Origin: a virus
Lineage: Duplodnaviria; Caudoviricetes
Strand: one strand, 5' to 3'
DNA: 54,942 bases
IMG/VR virus record: IMGVR_UViG_3300036766_000429
Span: 1-54,942 of that record
Below, piece after piece: positions 9,616-20,632 of the stretch. The stretch's first letter is position 1. Each line of letters opens with the position of its first letter. A program made the position numbers and the translations under genes. The notes beneath the pieces are model-generated. The model had not been told where the DNA came from. It saw only the letters and a program-made list of their open reading frames with translations, and searched no databases.

Positions 9616-12600
9616 ATGTCGTTTTTATCTAGTTTGGGCAGCGCAATCAATGAGCAATATGGGTTTGGTGAAAATAGCGTCACCAGCCTTGATACTATTG
9701 ATGATAAAGGAAGAGTAAAGCCGTTTGGTTTGCTTGGAGATTTTGCAAAAAAGTTTGATCAGTCTGCGCAACGGTCTTATGTAGAAGATGGTTTTATCAG
9801 AAATGTTAGGCCGAATTTAAGAGACATTGTATGGCAGCAGCCTGATATTTGTATCCTTATAAAGAAGCGTATGTTTTCTTCTTTGTCTGAAAACTATAAT
9901 CTTGAAAAGCTTGAAGAGAATGAGAAATTATTTATACGCGCTTCAAAAAAACTATTTCAAAACAAATGTAGAGTTATTTCTGCTTATGAGCGTTTAACTA
10001 AAATTGAATCATTGGCAATAGAAAGCGGACATATGAATTCGTATATGTTTCCGACTCTAATGAATGGTGTTGCTGAGTTGGAAAACGCTGGTATTTTACA
10101 TAATATTATGGATACCAAAACCCGTTCAATATTTGAGACATTGAGACGAGTGCATGCGTTCTCTGAGCCTAACTCAACTACAACATGGCTAATTGATAAC
10201 GAAACTGCTTTTATGAGTGCTTTAGGAGAAGGCACAGGAGTCATTGAACTAACTACAGTCACACAGGTAAACAGCAAGTGTGGCGTTACATTTAATTCAG
10301 GCAGTGCCAACTTTACTATAGAAGACCCTTACAAGATGTTTGTTATAACTGGTGACGATATTGATGTTGCTATAAGGGACGCTACCAATTACTTTAAAAA
10401 TAGTGCTTTTGGCAGGTTTACAGAGATTGAAACTAAAAAGCTAATTGAGCAACAAAAGCAGCAATTAAACCAACAAAGAGCTGCTAGAGGGGCTTCAACA
10501 ATTACTATCGTGTTATCTCCTGTTACAATTGTTTCGAAAAAAATAAAAGCAATACTTGATGGAGGGCTTGTAGGAGATGAGGGACTTGGAGATCGCCCAA
10601 CTCCAGAAATTAACTTTACATTCAACTCTGGTTTGGCCGGATTTGGTTCTGACGTTGATATAGATCCAGTGGCGTTGAGAGGAAAGAATGGGCTTAGTAC
10701 AAAAGATGTTAGTGTATTTAAAGAGTTAATAAGAAACACATATCAATTGCTTGCCTTCCAAAATGAGACAAGATCAAATGTTGTTCAATTTAATAAAGAT
10801 ACTAATTATGCTAGACGAAAAATGTTGCAGCATTTTAATGGTAGACCGCTAATCCAACCAATGGATACTGTAAACATATTTATGACCTCAAGAACCATGC
10901 ATGACACAAATGCAACACAGGGGTTTGAATTACAAAGCAGAGGTCTTTCATTCGCTAACAAACTAAACAGTCTTGTAAAAAATATAAATACATTAGCAAC
11001 ATCTGGGGCAAGAGGTGCTGATGGGTTATCGATTCCGTCTGTAGATGACATGGAAAGAACGCTAATTGCCGGGGCTGACTTTCCTCCTTGGCTATGGCGT
11101 CTTTACAAAAACGACTTCACAAAACAGGCGGCTGGTACATCTACATTTGTTGGCTTAGTTAAAAATGCAGTTCACAACTATTCTTCTGGTGAGGCAAAGT
11201 ATACGTTAGCGGTTTCATGTGAAGATAACGCGGGATACTTTACGAAAAGCCAAATAAATACAGTTCCCGCGCTGGATGTATTTAATCAGAGGTTATACGA
11301 TCCATTGACTCCTTTTAAAGTAAGTTTTGACGGATCCTCCGGGGAAGTTTTAACAGACGTTCAACAAGGCAATATTCCAGAACTTTTAAGTGAAAACGTT
11401 GCCATTTTACAATCTGACGCTACCAAATTTGTTAACGGTCAATTTAGGGGACAGAAAGCAAATCAAGATTTATATGTGGCTCCAAACGGTGAAGTAGATT
11501 CGTCTGGCAATTTCGAGCGTGTGCTACATGATCCGCCTGGGTTTGTATATAGGTGGAAAGAAGGAATCGGAACCGTAACAAAAACAGAACGCGCTTATCC
11601 TAACAGTTCTGTTGACGATACTTCTGTAACTCTATTAACTGCCAATCCGTTTGCCGGACAAGATGTTATGAATACGTTATCGCTGCTTGTTACTGGGCAG
11701 CCATATAATTACAATACATTTTTGCAAGCAGCCATGGCAAACGGTAATGCATTGGCAACGACAGATGAGCAAAAAAATTCAAATGTTGCCAAGACATATA
11801 TAGCGCATATTACACAGCAGCTTACAAAAAGAAATGCGATTTGGGGAAATTTCGTACCATTTAAAAAATTAACCATTAGCGAGCAAGCCGAAACATTTAT
11901 TCGTTCTGGTCAAGCTGACTTCTCAAAGCAAAATTCTGATTTGGCAGATCTTATAAATCAACGTGCCGGACTACAAGATCGCTTACTTTTACATGATTCT
12001 GCCGCTCCGCAAACTGTAGCTAGAGATGCCTCAGGCCAAACAAAGGCAGTTAACCCAAATGGTACAAGTACTGAAATAGAAGGGCTAAGAACGCAAATAC
12101 ATTTACTAGACCAACAAATCGATGCGGCCAAAAGAGAGTTTGAAAAAACCATTAATAAATTAGCGCCATCAAACAGTGGAAGGATTATTATTATAGGCGA
12201 TGACATTTCTTTAAGCCCAAGTGTTTCTAGCTCAAGTTCACAAACAGAAGAACAGCGCCTTGAAGATTCTGAAGAGTTTAAGCTGAAACTAAATGTTATA
12301 ACTCAAAGGAGATTGTGGAAAGTTAAATCCAATGAGGACGCAAACTTATTTATAGTTGACGATCAATACGATAAAAACTTTGACATTATGGCTTTTGAAA
12401 GAAAGCTAGGCGGAAAACAAGAGCTTCTTAAAAGTGAATATACAACCATTGATAAACAAATAATAAGCACTGCTGAATTACTTGGGTTAGAGATATTTGC
12501 AGATACTCAGGGACATATACAAGCTAGACCTCCGCAATATAATAGGATGCCAAGTAGTGTTTTCTATAGAATGTTCAGAGCTAAAGAGCGCAGTGGTTTC

Positions 12601-14637
12601 CAGGTATTTCCTCAATTTTTAGAAAGTTTATTATTTAATCAATTTCAATCTATTGTTTCTCGTATTGAAATAGTGGAAGATGAAATACGAATTCGCGCTC
12701 TTGCATTAGGAGTTGTTTCTGCCGGCGATATCGATCCTAATAAAAGTATCGGAGCTTTTTTGCGAGGCTCCTCTGGCAATAGTGCAGGAGCTACGTTTAG
12801 CTTTGTTTCTAGTTTTGATACCGGTAAAATTGGAGATCAATCATTTCAAAAATTCATTACGCAAAGCGATCCTGAAAGTGCAAATTATGTAAATAGTGGA
12901 GGCCTAACAAATGACGTTCTTGGAATTAATAACGCGGTAAAAGCCACTATACTATTTGATCCTGTAGCTAGAATTGGAGCAATAGGAGCAGCCACACAAG
13001 CTCTAAGCACTCAAATAAGCGCCGTTAATGATACTTTCCTTATAGACAAAATATCTGAGAGATTAACTCGTAACAAAGGCGGCTCTCAAATAACCACTAG
13101 AGAATTACAATCTGACACCAGGCTATCTAATAATAGAGTAAATAGCACCGGCATTACCAAAATAATAAATGAGATATCTGCATTTGTTTCAGAGCGCCAA
13201 AAACTATTACTATCAGCAACTAACTTAATTAAAAACTTAACAGAAGGAATCCAGTTAAACGACCAAAAGAAAGGAGCAACTTCAGCGCTATTTCCGTCTC
13301 TAAATAAAAAGGGATCTATTCCTGGCATTTTGAAGCACATGATTGAACACGAAGACAATGATGATTTTGGGCCTGGTTCTGGTGATCGGTTTGTGATTAG
13401 GGAGCGGCAAATACTAAATCTTAAAATACAAGAAGAGCCGCCAGCGCATACAATAGTTGGTGTTAACGGGCTTTTTGGAGACGGGTTTGTAAGTGCCGCA
13501 CAAGCGCTTGCGCTGTCTGCTGATGGAGGCAATGTTGTTACAAGTGCTTATGCCGTTGATTATGATATGTGGCGTCAATATGGATTTAAAGCTCCAAGGT
13601 CAGTTAGTGCTCCGTATTTTTCAGATCCCGACACTCAATGTGCTCCGTACGCAGTATACCTTTTAAATTTGGCACGAAAAGATATATTACAAGGAAGTGT
13701 TGATGTTATTGGCAATGAGTATTATCAGCCTGGAGATGTTATATATTTAGAAAGCTACGATCTATTATTTTATGTAACCGATGTAAGCCATAGCTTTGCG
13801 TATAGTGGTAACTTTACAACATCATTAACATTGCGTTATGGACATACTCCGGGAGAATATATTCCAACGCAACTAGATATAATTGGTAAATTTATGTATA
13901 AAACAAAAGAGTATACGAATTATTTTAGAAGTAATCGTGAAGATGCCGGAGGGGACAATCATATATCAGTTGTAACATTTAGTAACGGCCGCACTGGGAC
14001 AATACTTGAGCAATTACTATCTGGAAATATGGGGCAACAGAACATTAAAGCTATGAGCCAAATGCTAGTTGCCACCACAGGAATAGTTGATCCTATTAAT
14101 TTTGTAGATAAAAAACCAATTATACAATTAAGAATATATGCTGATTTAAATTCGAATTTAAAAGCCGCCGCAGAAGAGGTAAAAAACTGGCTTCAAAATC
14201 CTCAAAAGTTAACGGCAAATCAAACTGTAATTGCCATGCATAAGGAAAATGAAGGGGTTGATATAAATACCGTTAATGTTGAGATTAAAATTATCGATGT
14301 AAAAGCTCCAAATGCGCCGAGCCCATCTGCTGCTGCCTGGCATATGGTTAGAACTCTTATGGAACAAAATTCAGACATCAATGTTTTTTCATCGCCCACC
14401 CAAAAAATAGCAAATACCGCACAGCAACAAGATCAGGTGTTATATAACAATATCATAGATGCTTGGTTAGTTTTTGAAGATATTAAGCCTTCTATAAGTA
14501 CTGGTGCTCAGCCAACAAATAGTGAGGCCGCACAAACTGATAACAAGGCATTAAGTATAGCACAAACTGACGCATTAAACAAAAGCGAATTAAGTGCGGC
14601 AGAAGTTAATGCAACATTAGGTCCTTCTACTTTTTAG
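9616..14637 (+). CDS. Baseplate hub protein (gp27/P2 gpD-like) with large insertions
   Basis: LEIFADTQGHIQARPP and C-terminal GSVDVIGNEYYQPGDVIYL...FYVTDVSHSF...FTTSLTL hub signatures; coiled-coil insertions. Confidence 0.7.
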   Translation: MSFLSSLGSAINEQYGFGENSVTSLDTIDDKGRVKPFGLLGDFAKKFDQSAQRSYVEDGFIRNVRPNLRDIVWQQPDICILIKKRMFSSLSENYNLEKLEENEKLFIRASKKLFQNKCRVISAYERLTKIESLAIESGHMNSYMFPTLMNGVAELENAGILHNIMDTKTRSIFETLRRVHAFSEPNSTTTWLIDNETAFMSALGEGTGVIELTTVTQVNSKCGVTFNSGSANFTIEDPYKMFVITGDDIDVAIRDATNYFKNSAFGRFTEIETKKLIEQQKQQLNQQRAARGASTITIVLSPVTIVSKKIKAILDGGLVGDEGLGDRPTPEINFTFNSGLAGFGSDVDIDPVALRGKNGLSTKDVSVFKELIRNTYQLLAFQNETRSNVVQFNKDTNYARRKMLQHFNGRPLIQPMDTVNIFMTSRTMHDTNATQGFELQSRGLSFANKLNSLVKNINTLATSGARGADGLSIPSVDDMERTLIAGADFPPWLWRLYKNDFTKQAAGTSTFVGLVKNAVHNYSSGEAKYTLAVSCEDNAGYFTKSQINTVPALDVFNQRLYDPLTPFKVSFDGSSGEVLTDVQQGNIPELLSENVAILQSDATKFVNGQFRGQKANQDLYVAPNGEVDSSGNFERVLHDPPGFVYRWKEGIGTVTKTERAYPNSSVDDTSVTLLTANPFAGQDVMNTLSLLVTGQPYNYNTFLQAAMANGNALATTDEQKNSNVAKTYIAHITQQLTKRNAIWGNFVPFKKLTISEQAETFIRSGQADFSKQNSDLADLINQRAGLQDRLLLHDSAAPQTVARDASGQTKAVNPNGTSTEIEGLRTQIHLLDQQIDAAKREFEKTINKLAPSNSGRIIIIGDDISLSPSVSSSSSQTEEQRLEDSEEFKLKLNVITQRRLWKVKSNEDANLFIVDDQYDKNFDIMAFERKLGGKQELLKSEYTTIDKQIISTAELLGLEIFADTQGHIQARPPQYNRMPSSVFYRMFRAKERSGFQVFPQFLESLLFNQFQSIVSRIEIVEDEIRIRALALGVVSAGDIDPNKSIGAFLRGSSGNSAGATFSFVSSFDTGKIGDQSFQKFITQSDPESANYVNSGGLTNDVLGINNAVKATILFDPVARIGAIGAATQALSTQISAVNDTFLIDKISERLTRNKGGSQITTRELQSDTRLSNNRVNSTGITKIINEISAFVSERQKLLLSATNLIKNLTEGIQLNDQKKGATSALFPSLNKKGSIPGILKHMIEHEDNDDFGPGSGDRFVIRERQILNLKIQEEPPAHTIVGVNGLFGDGFVSAAQALALSADGGNVVTSAYAVDYDMWRQYGFKAPRSVSAPYFSDPDTQCAPYAVYLLNLARKDILQGSVDVIGNEYYQPGDVIYLESYDLLFYVTDVSHSFAYSGNFTTSLTLRYGHTPGEYIPTQLDIIGKFMYKTKEYTNYFRSNREDAGGDNHISVVTFSNGRTGTILEQLLSGNMGQQNIKAMSQMLVATTGIVDPINFVDKKPIIQLRIYADLNSNLKAAAEEVKNWLQNPQKLTANQTVIAMHKENEGVDINTVNVEIKIIDVKAPNAPSPSAAAWHMVRTLMEQNSDINVFSSPTQKIANTAQQQDQVLYNNIIDAWLVFEDIKPSISTGAQPTNSEAAQTDNKALSIAQTDALNKSELSAAEVNATLGPSTF

Positions 14638-14649
14638 GTTAAATAATAT

Positions 14650-16686
14650 ATGGATATAAATAGCTTAGGGCCAAGTCTTCCTGGAACAATCCATCAAGGC
14701 ACAATACGTAGGTACAATAAAAACGGTACCGTGCGTGTAGGCCTTAATATGTTGAAGTCCGGGCATACGTTCCCTGCTGAATATGATATGTCCATTCCTA
14801 CGTCTTGGGCCGGTCCTAATGGTCAGTTTAGCGGAGGGTTCCCAGTAACAGGAGCTTCCGTTTGGTGCGCCATGACTCAAGGTGGTCAGTGGAGTGTAAT
14901 ATCTTATATGAAATCAGATAATACATTTGATAGTAGTTTAAGTAGCAACAGAAGAAATATTATGGCCTCTTTGCTTCCAGGCAGATGGCTAACGCAAGTA
15001 GATAACAATATCAAAATAATTGCAGATCCAAATACCGGGGTAACTATAGGAAATGCAGTTCAGTATATACAGATAGATCCGATTCAGAAAATATACAGCA
15101 ATACATTAAGTGAACATTTATCTTTTTCTGAGGCTAATAGAAAAATCACAGGCGTTGTAAAAAGAGATATAGAATCAGATCAAAACCGCAATATCACTGG
15201 TTCGGCACTTACTTCACACACGTATGCTTTGCGGCCTATTGGATTAGATCCTACAGCCACAACATCTATATCATCTTCTTTTAGGGGCAATCCTTCATTT
15301 ACGGAAAATCGCGAGTTAGTTTATGAATTTGATAATAGCTTCGGTTTTACGGATGACAAGACAGAAGTAACATTATATGATAACCCTGAAATTAAAGTTC
15401 CAACTACTTTGTTTTTTAATAGACGGGATGGAAGAAGCGACACATTAAGTTTAAGTCTAGTTGCCCCAAATCAATTAATGGAATCGATTAAAGGTACCGT
15501 TGTTGATGCAAATGGTAATCTTATTGATTTGAATCGTAATATTCTTCCCAGCGGCAAAGATTCATTATCATTCCAATCTTCAGAAAATAACAAATCTGCA
15601 ACGTTTATATCTCTTAGAGAACAAGCTAGAAAAACAATCGCGTATCATTTTGAGTTAAATGCGCGTAAGGCAAAAATTCCAGATAATGCCAGCATCGCAA
15701 CTCCAACAGATTATGCAAGAGATAGAAGTAGATTTTCAATAGATATAGATAAAGAAGGTCAGTTTAAAATAAATGTACCATCTTCTAGCGAGATTGGTAA
15801 CGTTCCATTATTAACGAGGTATGAAAACTTTTCAACGTTACGATCAGTTGCTACAAATGGAGAAACTGATCCTAATGAATTTTTAAGAAACCCAAACAAC
15901 ATAGATATCTATAATGAATCATTTGGCGTTGGCGTAATAGAAATTACCAGCAAGTCAGATACGCTAAAAAGTTACGCATCAACAAATGATAGGGTCACTG
16001 GAACTCCTATAAAACTTGGCACCGCTTATCACGATTTACAGCAAACACTTCAATTGCATAATAGAGTTAATCCAGTTGCCTGGTATACAGACAGCACTTT
16101 AAATAATCAAGACATTACTCCTTTGCCGGGGAATATTGTCAGCCCAAATATAATTGTTTCAGGCCCTGATTCCGGCACAGATAAGCCTAATGCTGGTGGC
16201 CGCTCAGGAACAATTAATTTGGACGGATTTTTAAGTATCAGTATTGGATCTAGCACAGTAGATCGGCAATCAATATGGCTAGATATGGCAGGCGGTATGG
16301 TAATGAACGTAGGAAGAGATTTAAGCAATAGGAGTTTATCAGGAAGATTTGATGGTGATATATTAGTACAAGTAGGTGGAGAAACTGTTGCTAATGATAG
16401 TAGATTTGGCTCATCTAACAATGCCGTAAGGGCTGGGACAGTTGATATAAGAGTAGTTGCCGGAGCTGGACCTGGGGCGCAAGGAAACATGACAATTGTA
16501 AGAATAGATAATACTGGAGTTAGAATATCAAGTGCTGGCGGCGTCGATATAGTAAGTCACGGATTAATGCGCTTTAAATCTATTTATAACGACATTATTT
16601 TTGATGCTAAGTCAATATATTTCTATGAGAATGGGTCTGGAAATGGCCGTTTGGTTATGCGAAATCCAAAGCACGTTATTACTTAA
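14650..16686 (+). CDS. Baseplate central spike (gp5/gpV-like)
   Basis: N-terminal OB-fold-like segment (GTIRRYNKNGTVRV...GFPVTGASVWC) and short beta repeats at the C-terminus; follows the hub. Confidence 0.6.
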   Translation: MDINSLGPSLPGTIHQGTIRRYNKNGTVRVGLNMLKSGHTFPAEYDMSIPTSWAGPNGQFSGGFPVTGASVWCAMTQGGQWSVISYMKSDNTFDSSLSSNRRNIMASLLPGRWLTQVDNNIKIIADPNTGVTIGNAVQYIQIDPIQKIYSNTLSEHLSFSEANRKITGVVKRDIESDQNRNITGSALTSHTYALRPIGLDPTATTSISSSFRGNPSFTENRELVYEFDNSFGFTDDKTEVTLYDNPEIKVPTTLFFNRRDGRSDTLSLSLVAPNQLMESIKGTVVDANGNLIDLNRNILPSGKDSLSFQSSENNKSATFISLREQARKTIAYHFELNARKAKIPDNASIATPTDYARDRSRFSIDIDKEGQFKINVPSSSEIGNVPLLTRYENFSTLRSVATNGETDPNEFLRNPNNIDIYNESFGVGVIEITSKSDTLKSYASTNDRVTGTPIKLGTAYHDLQQTLQLHNRVNPVAWYTDSTLNNQDITPLPGNIVSPNIIVSGPDSGTDKPNAGGRSGTINLDGFLSISIGSSTVDRQSIWLDMAGGMVMNVGRDLSNRSLSGRFDGDILVQVGGETVANDSRFGSSNNAVRAGTVDIRVVAGAGPGAQGNMTIVRIDNTGVRISSAGGVDIVSHGLMRFKSIYNDIIFDAKSIYFYENGSGNGRLVMRNPKHVIT

Positions 16687-16693
16687 GGTTTAA

Positions 16694-18802
16694 ATGGTTT
16701 GCTCACCCTCTGACAATAATCTGAATCCTGGTCCAAGTATACCAGTTCCGCCTATTCCTGGGTTTGGCTTTCCGTTCATGCCCCCAGCAATACCTTATCC
16801 TGACATTAAACTTCCCGATGGAATTCCAGAAGATCTGCTAAACCTTCTGAGCAAAATCCTTGCAAACATTCCTGGCGGTATAATGCTGCCATTTGTAAAT
16901 ACAGCTTCTAAAAAAATATTAGATTTGATTGCAAGTTTACTTAATCAGCTTTCCCCGTATTTATCGTTGTATAATTTCTTTCAAGCGCTACTTAACATGA
17001 TTATGTGTATCATGGATGTTTTGTGCGCTTTGATGAATCCGTTTGCAATTTTCCGCGCTCTTAATAGATTGTTTAAACGTTGCTTGCCAGACTTTCTTAA
17101 TTTGTTTCCATGGCTGGCTCTTATCGCCATGATTATAGCTTTATTGCTTCTTCTGCTTGCTTTAATTGATTATCTCATATCTCAGATAATAGCAATCATT
17201 CGTGACATCATTGAGAATTTACTTCTACTCGCTAAAGTTATATCATTCAAAGGAACTGAATCTGACATAATTGCAGCGGCTAGAAAAATTGCAATGTTAC
17301 TTTGTATAATTGAACAACTGTTTGCAATATTGGTTGCCTTTAAAGCTATTATGGCAATTATACAGGCATTAGCTGCCATAGCCGGAAGAAGTGTGTGTGG
17401 CTCTGGAGATACTGAGACTGGAGACGACCCTGGGTGTTGTGATCAAAATTCTTGCCCAGATTTCATAAGTCAAAATCCAGACGGACTAACTGGTACCGTT
17501 GGAGAATTAATTTATTACTCTCAAGCAAACAACGTATTGATAGGACTCCTTGCCGATCTTGTTGTTCCGCCACTAAGAAATGAAAGTTGGCAATTTGTGG
17601 ATCTTAAAACTCAGCAGTTCAATATAAAAGATATAATCACCCCTAGCGCAGATGGAAGTATTTATTGGCCAGACGGAAATACATTCGCTGCTGACTCAAG
17701 TGTAAAACGCGCGCCTTACTTACTTGACATGACCATGAGTATAAACCCTCATGTATTTAATAGCTCTGATGTTGGCGGACTTCGTGAATTTGTAATAAAA
17801 GACGCAATAGCAGTGCAAAAACCATATATCGGAGCAACCACATTTAACGGGAGCATTGATTATAACAAACAGAACGGCACAATACTAGTTCAAGGTGGTT
17901 TGGTATATGAGGCCGACGGAACAACTCCATATTTAATTAGCGGGGTACAGGCAACATTAAATACCTTTATACATAAGCCGGCTATTCAAGGGGCTCCCGC
18001 GTCTGAAGATGGATATTTTATACACAATATAAAGTATACATTAAAACCAAATCATGCAGCGTTGGCGATAACGTATGGATTAATTACTGCTGGGTGTATT
18101 CCTGCCATTGCTTCTGAGCGCGCCATAGTAAACATTGTAGCGCAAACGGCGGTCCCACAACTTGCATCTGTTATAAGTAGGATTGGGCCGCTTCCAGATA
18201 TTGACGCTGCTATAACTTGTATGACTACTGCTTTGGCAAAACTAAGAACAGATGTATCTCCAGTTAACACGGCAATATTTCAGGCTGAAGTTGAAGTATG
18301 TTTGGGGACTTTAAGGAAACAAACTATAGATTCGTATACCGCTTGTGTTACCGGTGGGGTTAGTCCATTTAAAACAACTGTGTCACTAAACACCAATTTA
18401 CAATTCACTAGTTTACCAATCAAGGTTTCCGTGACATTGAGAGATCCAAGCGGAACTGTGATTACTCAAAACATGCCTATAGAAAGCCAGGCCGAAATAG
18501 CAAAATTAATTACCTCTGATGTTACTTTTGGGAATGTGTCAACCTTTGTATACGATGGGTATCAAGATTTCGTGGCAGATTTGACATCAACCGCTCCTGG
18601 AAGTGGTGAGCTTACGGCGTCATTTGAGGGAAATGTAATTAGTATTGTTACCGGGCAAAATAATGATGCTACCCCTACCGCAATAACTAATGACACTAAG
18701 ACGTATACTTTTGTTGGTGCTGGTGCTGGTGCTGGTGCTGGTGCTGGCAGTGCGGATCCTGTACCGCGCCGTAACGAAAGCGATATTGGTGGTGGTGATT
18801 AA
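16694..18802 (+). CDS. Unknown virion protein with Pro-rich N-terminus, long hydrophobic helices, a Cys cluster and a C-terminal Ig-like domain
   Basis: FPWLALIAMIIALLLLLLALIDYLI hydrophobic stretch; VCGSG...GCCDQNSC; Big-1-like pattern VSVTLRDPSG...ADLTSTAPGSGELTASFEG. Confidence 0.5.
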   Translation: MVCSPSDNNLNPGPSIPVPPIPGFGFPFMPPAIPYPDIKLPDGIPEDLLNLLSKILANIPGGIMLPFVNTASKKILDLIASLLNQLSPYLSLYNFFQALLNMIMCIMDVLCALMNPFAIFRALNRLFKRCLPDFLNLFPWLALIAMIIALLLLLLALIDYLISQIIAIIRDIIENLLLLAKVISFKGTESDIIAAARKIAMLLCIIEQLFAILVAFKAIMAIIQALAAIAGRSVCGSGDTETGDDPGCCDQNSCPDFISQNPDGLTGTVGELIYYSQANNVLIGLLADLVVPPLRNESWQFVDLKTQQFNIKDIITPSADGSIYWPDGNTFAADSSVKRAPYLLDMTMSINPHVFNSSDVGGLREFVIKDAIAVQKPYIGATTFNGSIDYNKQNGTILVQGGLVYEADGTTPYLISGVQATLNTFIHKPAIQGAPASEDGYFIHNIKYTLKPNHAALAITYGLITAGCIPAIASERAIVNIVAQTAVPQLASVISRIGPLPDIDAAITCMTTALAKLRTDVSPVNTAIFQAEVEVCLGTLRKQTIDSYTACVTGGVSPFKTTVSLNTNLQFTSLPIKVSVTLRDPSGTVITQNMPIESQAEIAKLITSDVTFGNVSTFVYDGYQDFVADLTSTAPGSGELTASFEGNVISIVTGQNNDATPTAITNDTKTYTFVGAGAGAGAGAGSADPVPRRNESDIGGGD
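18716..18745 (+). repeat. (GGTGCT)5 in-frame hexanucleotide repeat encoding (Gly-Ala)5
   Basis: Read directly from the sequence. Confidence 0.95.
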
Positions 18803-20565
18803 TGGCGGACAAGATAGTATCTGATAAGTCTGTTGATGAGTTTGGACCAGATCCAGTAACCGAAGCAGACAGTGATGACATTAGCAGTGTTCATATTAAT
18901 TTAGACGATTTATATCAGCGTTTTATTGGGCCGATTGAGGCTAAACGCAGTGTATCTGCTCCTAACACATTGACGCAATCAATTGCGAAAAAAACAAATA
19001 GTAGCGCGGCGTTGCTCATCGAACGTATCTCTAAAACATCACAAAGCAATTTAAGCAACGCATTAGTTGATCCTAAAAAAGCACAAGAAAGCAGAGCGCA
19101 TACTTTTTATCGCATGATTGGGCTTCCGGTAATTCATAGCAACTTGGGTGATTTTTATAATCCGGGCTTTAATCCTGAAGACAGCGGTGAAGTTGCTACC
19201 AAAAATTCTGATGTTAAAAACAACCCAGATCCAAATATATTAAAACTTCAAACTAATAGAGAAAATGAGGCAAGAAAAAGAATTCAAATGTTTCAAAACT
19301 TGCCATTGGACTCGTCAGTATTCCCTATTGCGATGGCATTTGTTAAACCATTTAGAGTTATTAATGCTAAAGGAAATTTTGTTAATTTTAATGATTTGGA
19401 CCCTCAAACATTTACAATTACTGCTAGGCAACTATGGATTTCTAATAATTATGAGTTGCAAGGGGGCGGGGCAATAACTAATTTTTTCAGTTCAAATTCT
19501 CATATATTAAGGCCGCTTTGTGTCAATTCTGTTATTAGCGATACAGTCCAGCCTGAAAAAAATATTATCTGTGTCCCATTTCTGAAGGATAAAATAAGTA
19601 CAAGATGCGAGACAAATGTATATTGTGACCGGCCTGGGATTGAATTCATTTTAAGAATTCGTTTGGCACAGAGGTCATTAGACAGCAATTTAGCTAAAAA
19701 TATAATATCCAAGATAGATCCTAAAAAGCCAGTTCAAGGACTAACATCATCAGATCTTCAGCAGTTAGCTCAGGCGCTACTTGGTGAAAAAAAGATAGAC
19801 TCTTCTCAAATATTGAGTTCATTAAAACTTAACTCTTCTGGGCTTAAAACAGGACAAAGTTTAGTAAAAATGATTAAGGCTCTGATTGAGATTTTAGTCA
19901 AATCTGTGAATACAATATCTGATTCTAGTAAAAATATTGATTGGACCCCTATATGTAGCGAGTTGGGCCCCGAAGACTCTAAACATATGAAATTTGAAAG
20001 CTCCGTTAAATTAAAAAAAAGCAGCTCTCAAATACAGCAAAGATTAGATCAGTTAAATACCAAATCAATTATATCAAAAATGTCTAGCATATCGCCAGAT
20101 TTAAGTCTTGGTAATTATGCACTTTCATATTTTCAGCAAACAGAACAGCTTTATGATTCTTTTATTCAGGAGGCTGAGGGACAAAAAAACCATTATTTAG
20201 AATCAGCAGCCGATGCATTGAGAGCTATAGAAATTATTACAGGAGAAGTTAGTGGACTTGGCTTAATAGATATTCTTTGTATTTACACTGCATTATGGAC
20301 CATAGATTTAGACGTTTTAATTAGTATGTTAGACGTTTCATCATTTCAAAGGCTTGTAAGTTACAATCCACAATTAATAAATGAAAATGTACAAAAAAGA
20401 ATGTTTGCGTCCGGATTTGAGCCTGTGTTTCCAATAGGTAAAGCAATGCAGATGTTAGAAGATAAGGTTGTTCATTTATTATCTTATGCTGACGCCCTTT
20501 ATGTAAGCGTACAGCTTGGCCAGCCAAAAATTGTAGATGGGGGCTCTTCTCCAGAAGGAACATAA
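18802..20565 (+). CDS. Hypothetical baseplate-module protein (587 aa)
   Basis: TAATG-coupled to the previous gene, inside the baseplate operon; no recognised family. Confidence 0.5.
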   Translation: MADKIVSDKSVDEFGPDPVTEADSDDISSVHINLDDLYQRFIGPIEAKRSVSAPNTLTQSIAKKTNSSAALLIERISKTSQSNLSNALVDPKKAQESRAHTFYRMIGLPVIHSNLGDFYNPGFNPEDSGEVATKNSDVKNNPDPNILKLQTNRENEARKRIQMFQNLPLDSSVFPIAMAFVKPFRVINAKGNFVNFNDLDPQTFTITARQLWISNNYELQGGGAITNFFSSNSHILRPLCVNSVISDTVQPEKNIICVPFLKDKISTRCETNVYCDRPGIEFILRIRLAQRSLDSNLAKNIISKIDPKKPVQGLTSSDLQQLAQALLGEKKIDSSQILSSLKLNSSGLKTGQSLVKMIKALIEILVKSVNTISDSSKNIDWTPICSELGPEDSKHMKFESSVKLKKSSSQIQQRLDQLNTKSIISKMSSISPDLSLGNYALSYFQQTEQLYDSFIQEAEGQKNHYLESAADALRAIEIITGEVSGLGLIDILCIYTALWTIDLDVLISMLDVSSFQRLVSYNPQLINENVQKRMFASGFEPVFPIGKAMQMLEDKVVHLLSYADALYVSVQLGQPKIVDGGSSPEGT

Positions 20566-20578
20566 TGTCATTTGGAAA

Positions 20579-20632
20579 GAAATTGGTCAACCAGAAATTG
20601 TTGCGGGCGGATCTACACCAGAAGGAACTTAA
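20579..20632 (+). pseudogene. Diverged orphan copy of the last 17 codons plus stop of the upstream gene, carried in front of the HNH gene
   Basis: Reads EIGQPEIVAGGSTPEGT* versus QLGQPKIVDGGSSPEGT* (20512-20565); many differences are synonymous. Confidence 0.85.

Noticed and set aside
20572-20631. ORF-track N-terminal extension of the HNH gene (MERNWSTRNCCG...)
   Set aside because: It is an off-frame reading of the duplicated gene-end fragment. ATG 20632 has the SD and matches paralog starts.
20512-20632. DGR TR/VR pair at the duplicated gene end
   Set aside because: Mismatches are mostly at synonymous positions and are not confined to adenines; no reverse transcriptase is present.
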